Shown here piece after piece: positions 28,251 through 38,292 of a stretch of DNA of 64,000 nt. The translations under genes were made by a program, and so were the position numbers. How positions within the stretch are numbered: position 1 is the first letter of the stretch; every line of letters begins with the position of its first letter. This DNA is from Pyrinomonadaceae bacterium (GTDB taxonomy: Bacteria; Acidobacteriota; Blastocatellia; Pyrinomonadales; Pyrinomonadaceae), in the NCBI GenBank assembly GCA_046313635.1, contig JBKBYA010000014.1, forward strand, positions 11,318 through 75,317. The letters run 5' to 3'. Below the pieces are notes generated by a model. It did no database searches. It was not told the DNA's origin and saw only the letters and a program-made list of their open reading frames with translations.

Positions 28251-30370
28251 TGCCTTCTTATCCTACCGATAACCTGAAGAACGCGGACCGTGCCAGCATG
28301 ACCCTTGCCGTGCCGTACGGACGACACGTCGGCGAGGGGCATCTGGTGATGAGCGTCAACGCCGGTTCGGCCGACCCGAACCACCAGATCAAGTTCAGGC
28401 AAGCCCTTTGCGAAGGCCCGATCGAGGGCGTCGAGAGCGTCTACTACCAGGGCACGAAGCTCGACGCCTCGGCCTACACGCTTTACGACGGCACGCAGCT
28501 TACCGCCCCCGGAGCACCGTTCGATCTCGACTCCCCGCACCATTTGACGGCGATGCTCGACGTGACGCTCCCGGTGGGGATGGCCGACGCCGACGTCAAG
28601 GACAACCCGCCCAGCGAACTGGCCGTGATCGGAAAGTTCCTGAAGGTCAAGAACTACGACGCGTCCGGGACGGCCTCGGCCGCGGAGTACTCGGTCAACC
28701 CGGCCCGCGTCATCGCCGATCTGATCCACGAACGCGGCGGCGAGCCCCTCGAACGCACCAACTGGCCGGTCTGGACGAAGTTTCGGAACTATTTCAACTC
28801 GCAGGAGGACCGGGACTACACGACCCTCGACGGGTTCGACGGGATCGGACTGACGGGATATTACTACTCGGACCTGACCTTCACGACGCTGCACTCGGTC
28901 AGGATCGACCCGTCGATCCACGTCGAGTCGTCGTCGGGCTCGCCGGCGGCCGGACTGCCCGCGGACAACTTCTCGGTCAGGTGGAAGGGCAAGATCAAGG
29001 CGAAGGCGACCGGCACGACGACCTTCAACGCCAACTTCAACGACACGTTCAAACTGTATGTCGGGGATCTCTCGACCCCGGTCATCGACGGCACGTCGGC
29101 CGGATCGGCGACCGGCACCAAAGAGATGACCGACGACCAGCTCTACGACATCGTGATCGAGTGGACGGACGCGAGCGGGGCGGCCGAGTGCCGCCTGACG
29201 TGGACCCCGCCCGGCGAGAGCGTACAGACGATCGCCCAGGAGTTTCTCTACCCCTTCCCCGAGCGTCGTCCGATCTACGAGGCCCACACGCTCTTTGAGT
29301 CCGCGACAAGTCTCGACGCCGCGGTCAGGCAGGTACTGCTGACCAGCAACTCCGTGATGCAGCTCGCCGACGGCAAGCGGCAGTTCTTCTCGGTCGAGCA
29401 GCTCACGCCGGTGATGGACATCGACGAGTCGCTGATGAAGGACGGAACCTTCAAATTTTACCGGCGTTCACGCCGCGACCTTCGGAACCATTGGGAGGCC
29501 TTCTTTCGCGATCTCGACTCGCAGTACATCGAGGTCGCCCAGCCTCCAGTGACGGTCGAGTTCCCGGAGCTGCAGAATGCGGTCGGGCGGGTCAACAACG
29601 GTCAGGCCATCGACCTCGACAACAGCACCCACTGGCAGGCCTACAAAGTGCTCAAGTACCTCGCCAAGCGTGAGGTCGAGATGGACGTCTTTTGCGAGTT
29701 TGACGGGACCGCCCTGACCTACAAAGTGCTGCCGGGCGACCTGGTACGGATCAGCAACACCGAGGCGGGATTCGTCGACAAGCAGTTCATCGTGCTCGAG
29801 ACGATCGATTACTCGAGCGAGACGACCGCCGACCGGAGAGGGTTTGTCTGTCTGGAGTGGACGGACCCCGAGCACCAGATCAACTATGCCCTCGCTTCGA
29901 TCGGGGCCACCGCGTCGGGGTCGAGTTCGGACCCTCTGTACCCGGCCGCCGCCGCGATCAACGGGATCCCGCATACCAACAACCAGTGGGGCGACGCGGC
30001 CGCCTACGAGACCGGCAACGGTTGGAAGAGCGTCGGCACGCCGACGGCCGGCAGCCCGGAGTGGCTCGAGGTCGACTTTGGCCTGGTGCGTGAGATCTCT
30101 CAGGTCGACGTCATCACACAAAAGGACGATTACACGTCGACGACCGCTCCGGAGCGGGACGCGACCACATTCACGCTGTACGGCATCACCGACTACAAGA
30201 TCCAGTACTGGAACGGATCGTCGTGGACCGACGTCGTGTCGGTGACGGGCAACAACAAGGTCTGGCGGCGGCACACATTCGTGCCCGTGTCGACGCAGAA
30301 GGTGAGGGTGCTCGTGACCGGGTCGGCGACCGTCAACGCCCAGATCATCGAGCTGGAGGCTTGGGGATAA
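28250..30370 (+). CDS. central tail tip/hub protein (gpJ-like) with inserted PA14 domain and C-terminal F5/8 type C (discoidin) domain
   Basis: VPYG, LCEGPIEG and NPA..IAD hub motifs; GL.G.YY..DNFSVRW.G PA14 pattern (about 28841-29253); WLEVDFG..I..V/YK.QYWNG..W discoidin pattern (about 29879-30367). Confidence 0.85.
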   Translation: MPSYPTDNLKNADRASMTLAVPYGRHVGEGHLVMSVNAGSADPNHQIKFRQALCEGPIEGVESVYYQGTKLDASAYTLYDGTQLTAPGAPFDLDSPHHLTAMLDVTLPVGMADADVKDNPPSELAVIGKFLKVKNYDASGTASAAEYSVNPARVIADLIHERGGEPLERTNWPVWTKFRNYFNSQEDRDYTTLDGFDGIGLTGYYYSDLTFTTLHSVRIDPSIHVESSSGSPAAGLPADNFSVRWKGKIKAKATGTTTFNANFNDTFKLYVGDLSTPVIDGTSAGSATGTKEMTDDQLYDIVIEWTDASGAAECRLTWTPPGESVQTIAQEFLYPFPERRPIYEAHTLFESATSLDAAVRQVLLTSNSVMQLADGKRQFFSVEQLTPVMDIDESLMKDGTFKFYRRSRRDLRNHWEAFFRDLDSQYIEVAQPPVTVEFPELQNAVGRVNNGQAIDLDNSTHWQAYKVLKYLAKREVEMDVFCEFDGTALTYKVLPGDLVRISNTEAGFVDKQFIVLETIDYSSETTADRRGFVCLEWTDPEHQINYALASIGATASGSSSDPLYPAAAAINGIPHTNNQWGDAAAYETGNGWKSVGTPTAGSPEWLEVDFGLVREISQVDVITQKDDYTSTTAPERDATTFTLYGITDYKIQYWNGSSWTDVVSVTGNNKVWRRHTFVPVSTQKVRVLVTGSATVNAQIIELEAWG

Positions 30371-30374
30371 CATT

Positions 30375-31448
30375 ATGGCTTTCGCGTCGAAACATCTCAT
30401 TAGCAGGAACAACATCGTCGGGTGGTTCGCCGGCGACGAGTCGCCGATCTACTCCGGTGCGACGCTCGTCGGGGCGACGGACCTGGCGGGCGTAGGCAAC
30501 CTCTCGGTCGCGGCGTCCAACCCGACCGTCGAGACGGGGATCGAGGACCTGAACGACCGGTCGGCATTCGTTTTTTCCGGATCGAGCGATCCGCTCTCGC
30601 GTCCCGGGCCGGTCGTCGTCCAGCAGGTCTTTGCCCTGGTCAGTGCGGACGACGCGACGAGCTTTTCGGCGACGCGTGGATTTGTCTCCGGGACCGGGGC
30701 CGGCGACCAGCAGCTCCTTGTCGGACAAAGCGGGACGGCCAAGTTCGCGGACGTTGCGAGCGGGACTCAGAAATTCTATTCACGCGGGTACTCGTACGCG
30801 GCGACGAACCAGATCGCACCGGTCGGCGGCAACTGGGCACTGGTCGAGATACGCCTCGCCGCCCCTGCGACGTTGAGCGGCCTGCAGATCGGAAAGAACC
30901 GGACGGACGCGGCGTCGCTGCTCGACGGTCGAGTCGCCGAGGTGATCTGCTACTCGGCGGCGATCAGCGGGAGAGAGCGACAGAGACTGTACCAGTATTT
31001 TGCGGTCAAGTATCACCACTGGGAGATGAACACGGACGGCAACTACGTCTTCCCGTTCTACCCGAACTGGGGATCGGGGGCAAAGGCGGTGAAGTCGGTG
31101 TTGGTGGACGAGGCGATGGACGGCTCGATGGTCTACCGCACCAAACGGTCGAAACGAAAGTATTTCGATCTCGACTTTAACCGCCGCACGGACGACGAGA
31201 CGCAGGCCGTCGAAAAGTTCTACGACGAGCACTTTCCGGGCGTCGCATTTCAATATCGCGATCGCACGGTTCATCCCGGGCTCGAGTACACGGTCGTTTA
31301 CGACCGCGACGCCGAGTGCGAGATCACCTCCGACGGCGTGACCAGTCACCGCTACAGGCAGAGGTTTCACCAGGCCTCGTTCTCGGTCGGCGGCGGAGGA
31401 GGTCTCTCTCTTGCCGCTCCGATCGTGCTCGACGGCGGCTACGCTTAA
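30375..31448 (+). CDS. distal tail protein-like (gpM/Dit C-domain) with N-terminal LamG/lectin-like domain
   Basis: N-part ends IG...LDG.VAEVI.YS; C-part FP..P.W...DG....R.F.L.F....FY..H; terminal LDGG. Confidence 0.65.
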   Translation: MAFASKHLISRNNIVGWFAGDESPIYSGATLVGATDLAGVGNLSVAASNPTVETGIEDLNDRSAFVFSGSSDPLSRPGPVVVQQVFALVSADDATSFSATRGFVSGTGAGDQQLLVGQSGTAKFADVASGTQKFYSRGYSYAATNQIAPVGGNWALVEIRLAAPATLSGLQIGKNRTDAASLLDGRVAEVICYSAAISGRERQRLYQYFAVKYHHWEMNTDGNYVFPFYPNWGSGAKAVKSVLVDEAMDGSMVYRTKRSKRKYFDLDFNRRTDDETQAVEKFYDEHFPGVAFQYRDRTVHPGLEYTVVYDRDAECEITSDGVTSHRYRQRFHQASFSVGGGGGLSLAAPIVLDGGYA

Positions 31449-31456
31449 TTCTCCCT

Positions 31457-33955
31457 ATGAAGCTCGATGTCAGATTCCAACTGAAGCGTGATACGGCCGC
31501 CGACTGGGCCGCCAGGAACCCAAAGCTCCTGGACGGCGAGCCGGGTGTGGAGACCGACACCGGCAGGATGAAGATCGGTGACGGCGAGACGTTGTGGAAC
31601 GACCTTGCCTACTGGGGCACGATCACCGGTTCGGAGACGCTCTCGACGCTGGGCACTTTGGTCAATTCTGCCGCGGCGAAGACCGTACCGGTCGACGCGG
31701 ACAATTTCCCGCTGACCGATTCGGCCGCCGGCCACGTCACCCGCAAGATCACCGGTCAGTATCTCAAGGCGTGGCTCAAGTCGCACTTCGATTCGATCTA
31801 CCAAACACTAAACGCGAACCTGACGACGTGGTCCGCTAAGGTCGCTCCGTCGAGCGTCGTCGTCGGCACTACCGACACGCAGACGCTGGCAAACAAGACG
31901 ATCGACGGTTCTGCGAACACGCTGCAGAACGTGCCGGTCGGGGCGATCGACAATGCGGGACTCACCGAGATGGTGCAGGACACGATCGGCTCGTCGGTCG
32001 TCGCCGGGGCCAACGTCACGGTCAGCTACAACGACGCGACCGGTCAGACCACCGTCTCCGCGACGGGCGGCACCGGCGGGGCGACGACCATGGACGAGCT
32101 CTCGGACGTCGCCGTCTCGTCGCCGGCCGATGGCCATGTCCTCCGTCACAACGGCACGAACTGGGTCAACACGTTCGCGACGACGGCGGATGTCGCCGAC
32201 TCGACCGACAAACGCTACGTCACCGACGCACAGCGGACGGTCATTCAGAATACGTCGGGCACCAACACCGGCGACGAGCCGACGCTCAACAACACCTTCG
32301 GCAACTCGCTGTCGAACATGGTGACGACGATCGCCGGACTCGGCAATCCAGAGCGGACGGTCTGGCTCGACCGTGCCGCGACGGTCTCGGCCGATCTCAC
32401 CATCCCGGCCAACATCAAGCTGCGTTACCGCGACACGGGGTCGATCAGCGTCAACTCGGGCGTGACCGTGACGATCAATCACGAACCGGACGTCCGAGGA
32501 CGGCAGATATTCACCGGAGCGGGGTCGGTCGTGTTCGGATCCAACAAACCGGTGCGTGACCTCGATCTGTCGTGGTGGACCGGTCGCGACGACTCGGTCG
32601 ACGTGACGGCCAAGATCGACATGGCCCTGACGAGCCTCGCGAACGCGGGCGGCGGACGGCTCTACGCCGGGCCGGGCACCTGGCTCACCGTAGGCGGACA
32701 TATCATCCCGCGGTACAGCGAGATCGTCGGTGCCGGTCAGGGCATCACGACGTTCAAGCAGACCTCGACGGCGACGTACGGCTATCTATTCCGCATCGCG
32801 GCCGCGAGCGGTCAGTACTACCGTTTTAACAAGGTCAAGAGCCTCACGTTGAGCGGCGAGGGGGTGACCGGCGAGACGCTGCTCGAGTTTTACGGTGCGG
32901 CGGCGGCCGACACGCCGATGTTCTTTATCGACGTCGAGCAGGTGCAGTTCTGGCACGGCACGATCGGCTGCAACTACAACTCGACCTCCGGCGACTGGCA
33001 GATCGAGTCCGTCCGGTTCAAGGGATGCAACTGGTACAACTGCACGACCGGCTACAAGATGAACTCGATCAACAACTCGGTGTTCTTCTCGGACGGCTGC
33101 TTCTGGGACATCCCCGCGAACGGCATCGCCCTGCACCTCGTCTCGCACGGTCAGGTGTCGATCGACGACTATAACTTTATCGGTCCGGGCACGGCGGGCG
33201 GCACCTACAGCTACACCGCGACGGGCGGCGTCAACAACGGGGCGACCTTTATCCTGATGGAGAACGCCCACAACGGCCTGCGGATCGCGAACGGCCAGGA
33301 CGAGGCGGCCGAGTATTTTCTGCGGACGAGCACCAACTCGTTCCTGCAGTCGGTCATCACGATCGACAACTGTACGATCCAGTCGAAGATCAAACCGTCC
33401 GCCGCCCGCACGATCAAACTGGTCAACTGCCTGACGATCGGCAACGTCCTGCAGGACAACGCGGGCGTCGCCGCCGCCTACATCTGGGAGGACTCGCACT
33501 GCGACACACGCGATCTCGATAACTCGACGAACGCAAACGCCAAACCCGACTACTTTACCGGGTCGAGCTATTATGCGAAAAAGAGCGACAAGACAAAGAA
33601 CGACCTCGCGATAAAGGGCAAGATCGACGCCGGATGCTTTCGCCGGTCGGTGATGACGACGCTCTCGGGCTCGACCGTCGACGGCAGTCTCGGCGACGAG
33701 TTTGTCGCCGTCATCACGGCCGACACGGCACTCAATTTCACCGGAGGTCAGGTCGGGCGGGAGATCACGCTGTTCCTGTACCTCAACGACGGCACGTCGC
33801 GGACCATCTCCTTCGGCGGAAACTTTCGGGCGACAGGCTCGCTGGTGACCCCTGCGGGCAAGGCGGGAGCCTTCTGCGTCATCACGTTCAAGACCTACAA
33901 CGTCTTCGGCACCGTTTACGCGATCGAGACGTACCGCCAGACCGCCGGTGCGTGA
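31457..33955 (+). CDS. tail fibre/tailspike: Mtd-N-type anchor plus pectate-lyase-like beta-helix (putative depolymerase)
   Basis: FQLKRDTAA.W...NP.L.DGE.G.ETDTG.MKIGDG..W..L.Y N-terminus; A.....GGG.LY..PG.W and I.GAG...T beta-helix start. Confidence 0.85.
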   Translation: MKLDVRFQLKRDTAADWAARNPKLLDGEPGVETDTGRMKIGDGETLWNDLAYWGTITGSETLSTLGTLVNSAAAKTVPVDADNFPLTDSAAGHVTRKITGQYLKAWLKSHFDSIYQTLNANLTTWSAKVAPSSVVVGTTDTQTLANKTIDGSANTLQNVPVGAIDNAGLTEMVQDTIGSSVVAGANVTVSYNDATGQTTVSATGGTGGATTMDELSDVAVSSPADGHVLRHNGTNWVNTFATTADVADSTDKRYVTDAQRTVIQNTSGTNTGDEPTLNNTFGNSLSNMVTTIAGLGNPERTVWLDRAATVSADLTIPANIKLRYRDTGSISVNSGVTVTINHEPDVRGRQIFTGAGSVVFGSNKPVRDLDLSWWTGRDDSVDVTAKIDMALTSLANAGGGRLYAGPGTWLTVGGHIIPRYSEIVGAGQGITTFKQTSTATYGYLFRIAAASGQYYRFNKVKSLTLSGEGVTGETLLEFYGAAAADTPMFFIDVEQVQFWHGTIGCNYNSTSGDWQIESVRFKGCNWYNCTTGYKMNSINNSVFFSDGCFWDIPANGIALHLVSHGQVSIDDYNFIGPGTAGGTYSYTATGGVNNGATFILMENAHNGLRIANGQDEAAEYFLRTSTNSFLQSVITIDNCTIQSKIKPSAARTIKLVNCLTIGNVLQDNAGVAAAYIWEDSHCDTRDLDNSTNANAKPDYFTGSSYYAKKSDKTKNDLAIKGKIDAGCFRRSVMTTLSGSTVDGSLGDEFVAVITADTALNFTGGQVGREITLFLYLNDGTSRTISFGGNFRATGSLVTPAGKAGAFCVITFKTYNVFGTVYAIETYRQTAGA

Positions 33956-33969
33956 CCTCACCGATCTAC

Positions 33970-33999
33970 TTGACACGTGTCACATACATTCGGTAAGAT
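33970..33999 (+). promoter_or_regulatory. sigma70-type promoter with overlapping palindrome TGACACGTGTCA
   Basis: TTGACA-18 nt-TAAGAT. Confidence 0.7.
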
Positions 34000-34082
34000 C
34001 GTTCCGTGCGGGGAATGGTGCTCCGCCGATCCTCACGAGAATCACTTCAAGGCCGGTCCCGGCCGAGAACGATCCCGATCAA

Positions 34083-34352
34083 ATGCCAGATACAAAGTTC
34101 GATCCCGAGTTGGCCTCGGAAATGGAATGGTCAGAGTGCGTGCTCGCCGCGTCCGTCTCGGACGGCGAATATAACGGCCACGTCACACGCTGGATCTGCG
34201 GGGCGTGCCGGATGGCCGTGCTGACCCTCTCCAACCGGTACAGCCTCGTCGATACCGCCCAGGATTATCTCGACCGGGGCTGGCGGTACCGCCGCACCTC
34301 CACAGGGATCGACGCCGTCTGCCCACACTGCACCAAACAAAGGAACAAATGA
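34083..34352 (+). CDS. small Zn-finger protein (CGAC...CPHC)
   Basis: Start MPDTKF; two CxxC; coupled to the exonuclease. Confidence 0.6.
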   Translation: MPDTKFDPELASEMEWSECVLAASVSDGEYNGHVTRWICGACRMAVLTLSNRYSLVDTAQDYLDRGWRYRRTSTGIDAVCPHCTKQRNK

Positions 34353-35182
34353 GCAAATCTACCACGAAGGCCCCTCTTCGCAAGGCGAAGTGCGAGCCTC
34401 TTTTCAATTCGGACTTCGAGCTGAGGTATCCCCGGATCCTGTTGTTCGACATCGAGACCGCTCCCAACCTCTCCTACATCTGGGGCCATTACGACCAGAA
34501 CGCTCTCAAGCATGTGATGGAGCGTTACATCCTGTCGGTCGCGTACAAGTGGCTCGGCGAGGATGAGGTGCGTGTCATGTCGATCCGCGATTATAAGGGC
34601 TACAAGCCGTTACGGGACTGTGACCGCGGCCTCGTTAAAGACCTTTGGAAGCTCTTTGACGAGGCCGACATCATCGTCGGTCACAACCTGGACTCGTTCG
34701 ACATCAAGATGGCGAACTCGCGGTTTTTGAAGTACGGATTCGACCCGCCGTCGTTTTACCGCACGATCGATACGAAGGTGCAGGCCAAACGCTACTTTCG
34801 ACAGAACTCGAACAAGCTCGACGATCTAGGCAACTTCCTCGGCGTCGGCCGGAAGATGAAGCACCAGGGATTTGACATGTGGGTCGACTGCATGTCCGGC
34901 GTGCCCGAGGCGTGGGACGAGATGCTCGCGTACAACAAGCAGGACGTACTGCTGCTCGAACGCGTGTATCTCAAGATGCGTGCGTGGATGACCCAACACC
35001 CGAACCTCAACGTGCTCATGAACCGCGATCTAGGCTGTTCGAAGTGCGGCTCGCTCAACGTCGTATTTCGCGGGGACGTGGTGTGGACCAACATGTCTCG
35101 GGCGAAGCGTTACTACTGCAAAGACTGCCGTGGGTACAGCCAGTCGCAGTACAAAAAGGTCTCGTCGATGCGTGCGTCGTAA
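34349..35182 (+). CDS. RNase H-like DEDDy 3'-5' exonuclease with C-terminal Zn ribbon
   Basis: FDIET, GHN..SFD, YN.QD, C..CGS and YC..C motifs. Confidence 0.9.
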   Translation: MSKSTTKAPLRKAKCEPLFNSDFELRYPRILLFDIETAPNLSYIWGHYDQNALKHVMERYILSVAYKWLGEDEVRVMSIRDYKGYKPLRDCDRGLVKDLWKLFDEADIIVGHNLDSFDIKMANSRFLKYGFDPPSFYRTIDTKVQAKRYFRQNSNKLDDLGNFLGVGRKMKHQGFDMWVDCMSGVPEAWDEMLAYNKQDVLLLERVYLKMRAWMTQHPNLNVLMNRDLGCSKCGSLNVVFRGDVVWTNMSRAKRYYCKDCRGYSQSQYKKVSSMRAS

Positions 35183-35190
35183 TATGACAC

Positions 35191-35220
35191 TTGACAAAGA
35201 GATTGAGGATAGGTTATTTT
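35191..35220 (+). promoter_or_regulatory. putative promoter
   Basis: TTGACA-18 nt-TATTTT; CACTTGACAAAGA shared with 44628-44640. Confidence 0.5.
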
Positions 35221-35287
35221 CTTCCCTGCTCGTCCTTCACGGTCTGAGCTGACCTGCTGAACAACCTGCACATTCTGGAGAGAAAGT

Positions 35288-35956
35288 ATGAGAACAGTGA
35301 TCGGTCTCACCGGTTATGCCGGGAGCGGTAAGGACGAGGCGGCCCGGGCCCTGATCGGGTCCCGCGGATTTGTCAAGGTCGGGTTTGCCGACCCGCTGCG
35401 GGAGGCGATGAGTCGGCTCAACCCGATCGTCGGGCGACGCGTGGTGTCAGGGACGTTCTTCCCGCCGCACGATCTCGATGTGCGGTACCGCGAGGCCGTC
35501 CACAAATACGGCTACGACGAGGCGAAGAAGCGTTTCCCGGAGATGCGTGAGCTGCTACAGAGATTCGGCACCGAGGTCGGCCGCGAGATGTTCGGCCCGA
35601 CCTTCTGGACCGATCAGGCAAAGCGGCAGATCGACCTCCTGCCGGAGCTCTGCCCGGTGGTGATCACGGACGTCCGCTTCCAGAACGAGGTCGACGTCAT
35701 CCGCGATTATCACGGTCTGATGATCAGGATCGAGCGGCCCGGCGTGACGGCGGTCAACTCGCACGCCTCTGACACGAACACGGCAAAGCTGCCGGTCGAT
35801 GTCGTGATCTCGAACGACGGCACGATCGCCGATCTGCACGCCCGCGTGCTGCGGGCCTTTGAGGTCCGGTTCGTCTCGCCGCTGACGCGGGATCGCGAGT
35901 ACTGCGACGGGTACGAGCAGCCGGGTCTCTTTGAGGAGGTGGCGGTCGATGCCTAG
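35288..35956 (+). CDS. deoxynucleoside monophosphate kinase
   Basis: IGLTG.AGSGKD, FAD.L, RELLQ.FGTE.GR and VITDVRF.NE motifs. Confidence 0.92.
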   Translation: MRTVIGLTGYAGSGKDEAARALIGSRGFVKVGFADPLREAMSRLNPIVGRRVVSGTFFPPHDLDVRYREAVHKYGYDEAKKRFPEMRELLQRFGTEVGREMFGPTFWTDQAKRQIDLLPELCPVVITDVRFQNEVDVIRDYHGLMIRIERPGVTAVNSHASDTNTAKLPVDVVISNDGTIADLHARVLRAFEVRFVSPLTRDREYCDGYEQPGLFEEVAVDA

Positions 35957-36488
35957 GCTCGTATTCGACGTCGACGGCGTGATCGCCAATTTTGTCGATG
36001 GGATGTTGTCGCTGGCCGACGAGATGGGCGGCTACGAGGACCAGCCGTGCTGCTGGAAGCACATCGACAAGTGGGACTTTTTCCCGGCGTCGATGTGGCA
36101 GATCGCGAAGACGGACGCACAGTTCTGGCTCGGGCTCCGACGGATGCCGGGCGTACGGCTGAAGATGATCGTGAACGGGATCTTTCCGGACATGTACCTC
36201 ACGTCGCGGCCCGTCGGGAGCGAGGTGACCCGGCACTGGCTCGCCGAGAACCTCTTCCCGGTGGCGAGGGTCGTGACGGTCGCACGGCCGGAGGACAAGC
36301 TGGAGTTTTTAGAACAAGGGGACATTCTGGTCGACGACCTGCCGTCGACCTGCAGGTCGGCTGCCGAAAAGGGTGTGACGGCACTCTTGATGGACGCCCC
36401 GTTTCACCGCGGCGTGCCGCAGGCGGAGATAGAGGGTCTGACAAGGATCACCTGCGTCTCCGAGGTCGCCAAGTACATTTACCAATAG
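35949..36488 (+). CDS. HAD-family 5'(3')-nucleotidase-like protein
   Basis: FDVDGVIANF, LTSR, K, LVDD motifs. Confidence 0.85.
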   Translation: MPRLVFDVDGVIANFVDGMLSLADEMGGYEDQPCCWKHIDKWDFFPASMWQIAKTDAQFWLGLRRMPGVRLKMIVNGIFPDMYLTSRPVGSEVTRHWLAENLFPVARVVTVARPEDKLEFLEQGDILVDDLPSTCRSAAEKGVTALLMDAPFHRGVPQAEIEGLTRITCVSEVAKYIYQ

Positions 36489-36502
36489 GAGACATTCAGA
36501 GA

Positions 36503-36751
36503 ATGAGACAGATCGTGAACAAGATCCGCAGACCGACGCTCGGCAGCGTTCTCTCGGGATTCAAGCGTACCATCGCCGACCTCGAGGCCGTGGAGGCCGA
36601 GAGCCTCCGGCTCTCGGACCGCAACTCTCGCCGCATCTCGGACCACTATGCGTCGATAAACGAGCTTTCCGACCGCAACGCGGAGCTCCGCAAAGAGGCG
36701 GCGTCCGCCCGGTCGATCGCCCAGAAGATATCGGAACTGATCTCGGCTTAA
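36503..36751 (+). CDS. small coiled-coil hypothetical protein
   Basis: ATG at 36503 after AGGAG. Confidence 0.65.
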   Translation: MRQIVNKIRRPTLGSVLSGFKRTIADLEAVEAESLRLSDRNSRRISDHYASINELSDRNAELRKEAASARSIAQKISELISA

Positions 36752-36765
36752 GGAGACGACGTCGT

Positions 36766-37095
36766 ATGAAGATAGAACGGCCGGAAGGGCCTTTTGACGG
36801 CAGCATGCACTTCGGCAATTCGATTCGATTGATCGACAGCCGGGAGATGGACGAGACGAAGATCGGCGGAAAGACGTTCAAGAATATCGGCCACGAGATC
36901 TATCGCCGGTACTTTTACCGTGACGCGAACGGCGAGCAGTACCATGTCGAGGTGAAATTCCCGCAGTGGCTGCGGGTGACCGCGACCGGCTCGCACCGGG
37001 TCGTCGACAAGGACGGGGCGGCTTATTACATCCCGCCCGGATTTACCCACATCAAGTGGAAGAGCAAAGAAGGGACCGAACCGGTCCGCTTCTAG
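36766..37095 (+). CDS. conserved phage hypothetical protein
   Basis: AAGGAG RBS; P..L.V...G.HR..D..G..YYIP.G..I.W pattern. Confidence 0.7.
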   Translation: MKIERPEGPFDGSMHFGNSIRLIDSREMDETKIGGKTFKNIGHEIYRRYFYRDANGEQYHVEVKFPQWLRVTATGSHRVVDKDGAAYYIPPGFTHIKWKSKEGTEPVRF

Positions 37096-37119
37096 TAAAA
37101 CGAGGAGACGAAAGAAGAT

Positions 37120-37644
37120 ATGAGTTTTAACAAGATCACCATTGTCGGAAATCTGGGCCGCGACCCGGAACTGCGTTACACGCCGCATGGCACCGCGGTC
37201 TGTAACCTCAACGTCGCGACGACCGAAAAGAAACGCGGCAAGTCGGGCGAGTACGAGCAGGTCACGACCTGGTTTCGCGTCACGCTCTGGGGCAATCAGG
37301 CGGAGAACGCCTCGAGATATCTCGAGAAGGGCTCGCCCGTTTACGTTCACGGGTCGCTCACCATGGAAGAGTGGACCGACCGCGAGGGCAACAACCGCGT
37401 GACGCTCAACGTCAATGCGATCGACATGCAGTTCATCGGCGGGAACGGACGCGGCCGGCAGGAAGAGGAGTACGACGGCGACGTCGAGAGCGGATCGGAC
37501 GAGGGCGTGGACGACGACGCCGACGCCGACGACGAGTCCCCGGCACCGCCGAAGGCAAGGGCCGCAAAGGCCGCGGCGGGCAAGGCGAAGCCGCCGGAGA
37601 AGAAGCCGGCCGGCAAGAAGAAGCAGGACGACATCCCGTTCTAG
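37120..37644 (+). CDS. ssb: single-stranded DNA-binding protein
   Basis: NK...VGNLGRDPELRYT, TTW.RV..WG..AE and C-terminal DDIPF. Confidence 0.97.
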   Translation: MSFNKITIVGNLGRDPELRYTPHGTAVCNLNVATTEKKRGKSGEYEQVTTWFRVTLWGNQAENASRYLEKGSPVYVHGSLTMEEWTDREGNNRVTLNVNAIDMQFIGGNGRGRQEEEYDGDVESGSDEGVDDDADADDESPAPPKARAAKAAAGKAKPPEKKPAGKKKQDDIPF

Positions 37645-37844
37645 TGTTTGACAAGTTTGAGACGCAACGGACAACAAAGCCCATCATCGCGGCGGACGGT
37701 GGGTAGCGAGTGGTTGACCAGTCTCAACCGGAAGGGGCATCGAGGGCACGGACGCGAGGTGTTGCACGGTGTAAGGCCGATCTCAAGAGCGATAGCGTCC
37801 CCGCCGCGGCGTGAGCGACCTTGACCCCTTCCACACTGCAGCCT

Positions 37845-37994
37845 ATGACGAAGGAAAGACGAGATGAGATCCGGCGAATGCGTAAAAAAGCCGCGTTTAC
37901 ACTTTGGATGAACGGTTACTCCTACACCGAGATCAGCTCGTTCTTCAACGTCCACCCGACCACCGTCGGGCGGTGGTTGCGGGACTATTGGTAG
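37845..37994 (+). CDS. small helix-turn-helix protein (49 aa)
   Basis: Hand translation MTKERRDEIRRMRKKAAFTLWMNGYSYTEISSFFNVHPTTVGRWLRDYW; G.S..EI...F.V...TV..W HTH pattern; below the ORF-track cutoff. Confidence 0.7.
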   Translation: MTKERRDEIRRMRKKAAFTLWMNGYSYTEISSFFNVHPTTVGRWLRDYW

Positions 37995-38037
37995 TACAGG
38001 ACCGATCGTGTCCAGGTTTCTGTTGTCCCATCCTCCG

Positions 38038-38280
38038 ATGAACATCCGCGTCGTGCTTCATAAACATTCCCCGATCGACGGTGAGCTCTGGGCACTACTG
38101 GCGGCGTTCAGATATGACGGCCGCTACTTCGTGACGAGTTGGGACCCGCGTAATGCGAGTCCGGTCGCCGAAGAGCTCTCCGACGAGGCGTCGGCGAGGT
38201 CGATCCTCGACGATACGATCCGCTCCTGCTGCGACCGCGGCTGGACGGTGTCCTACTACGGACGTCTGAACGCGACCTGA
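38038..38280 (+). CDS. hypothetical protein
   Basis: ORF between the HTH and annealase genes. Confidence 0.55.
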   Translation: MNIRVVLHKHSPIDGELWALLAAFRYDGRYFVTSWDPRNASPVAEELSDEASARSILDDTIRSCCDRGWTVSYYGRLNAT

Positions 38281-38292
38281 TAAACACACCTT

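Noticed and set aside
31457..33955. Diversity-generating retroelement suggested by the Mtd-N-type domain
   Set aside because: No reverse transcriptase in the window, no template/variable repeat pair seen, and the C-terminal part is a beta-helix rather than a C-type lectin fold.
37740..37800. c-di-GMP-I riboswitch resemblance (GGACGC...GAUAGC)
   Set aside because: Lacks the GGCAAA start and GNRA-capped P2; kept only as an unassigned structured RNA candidate.
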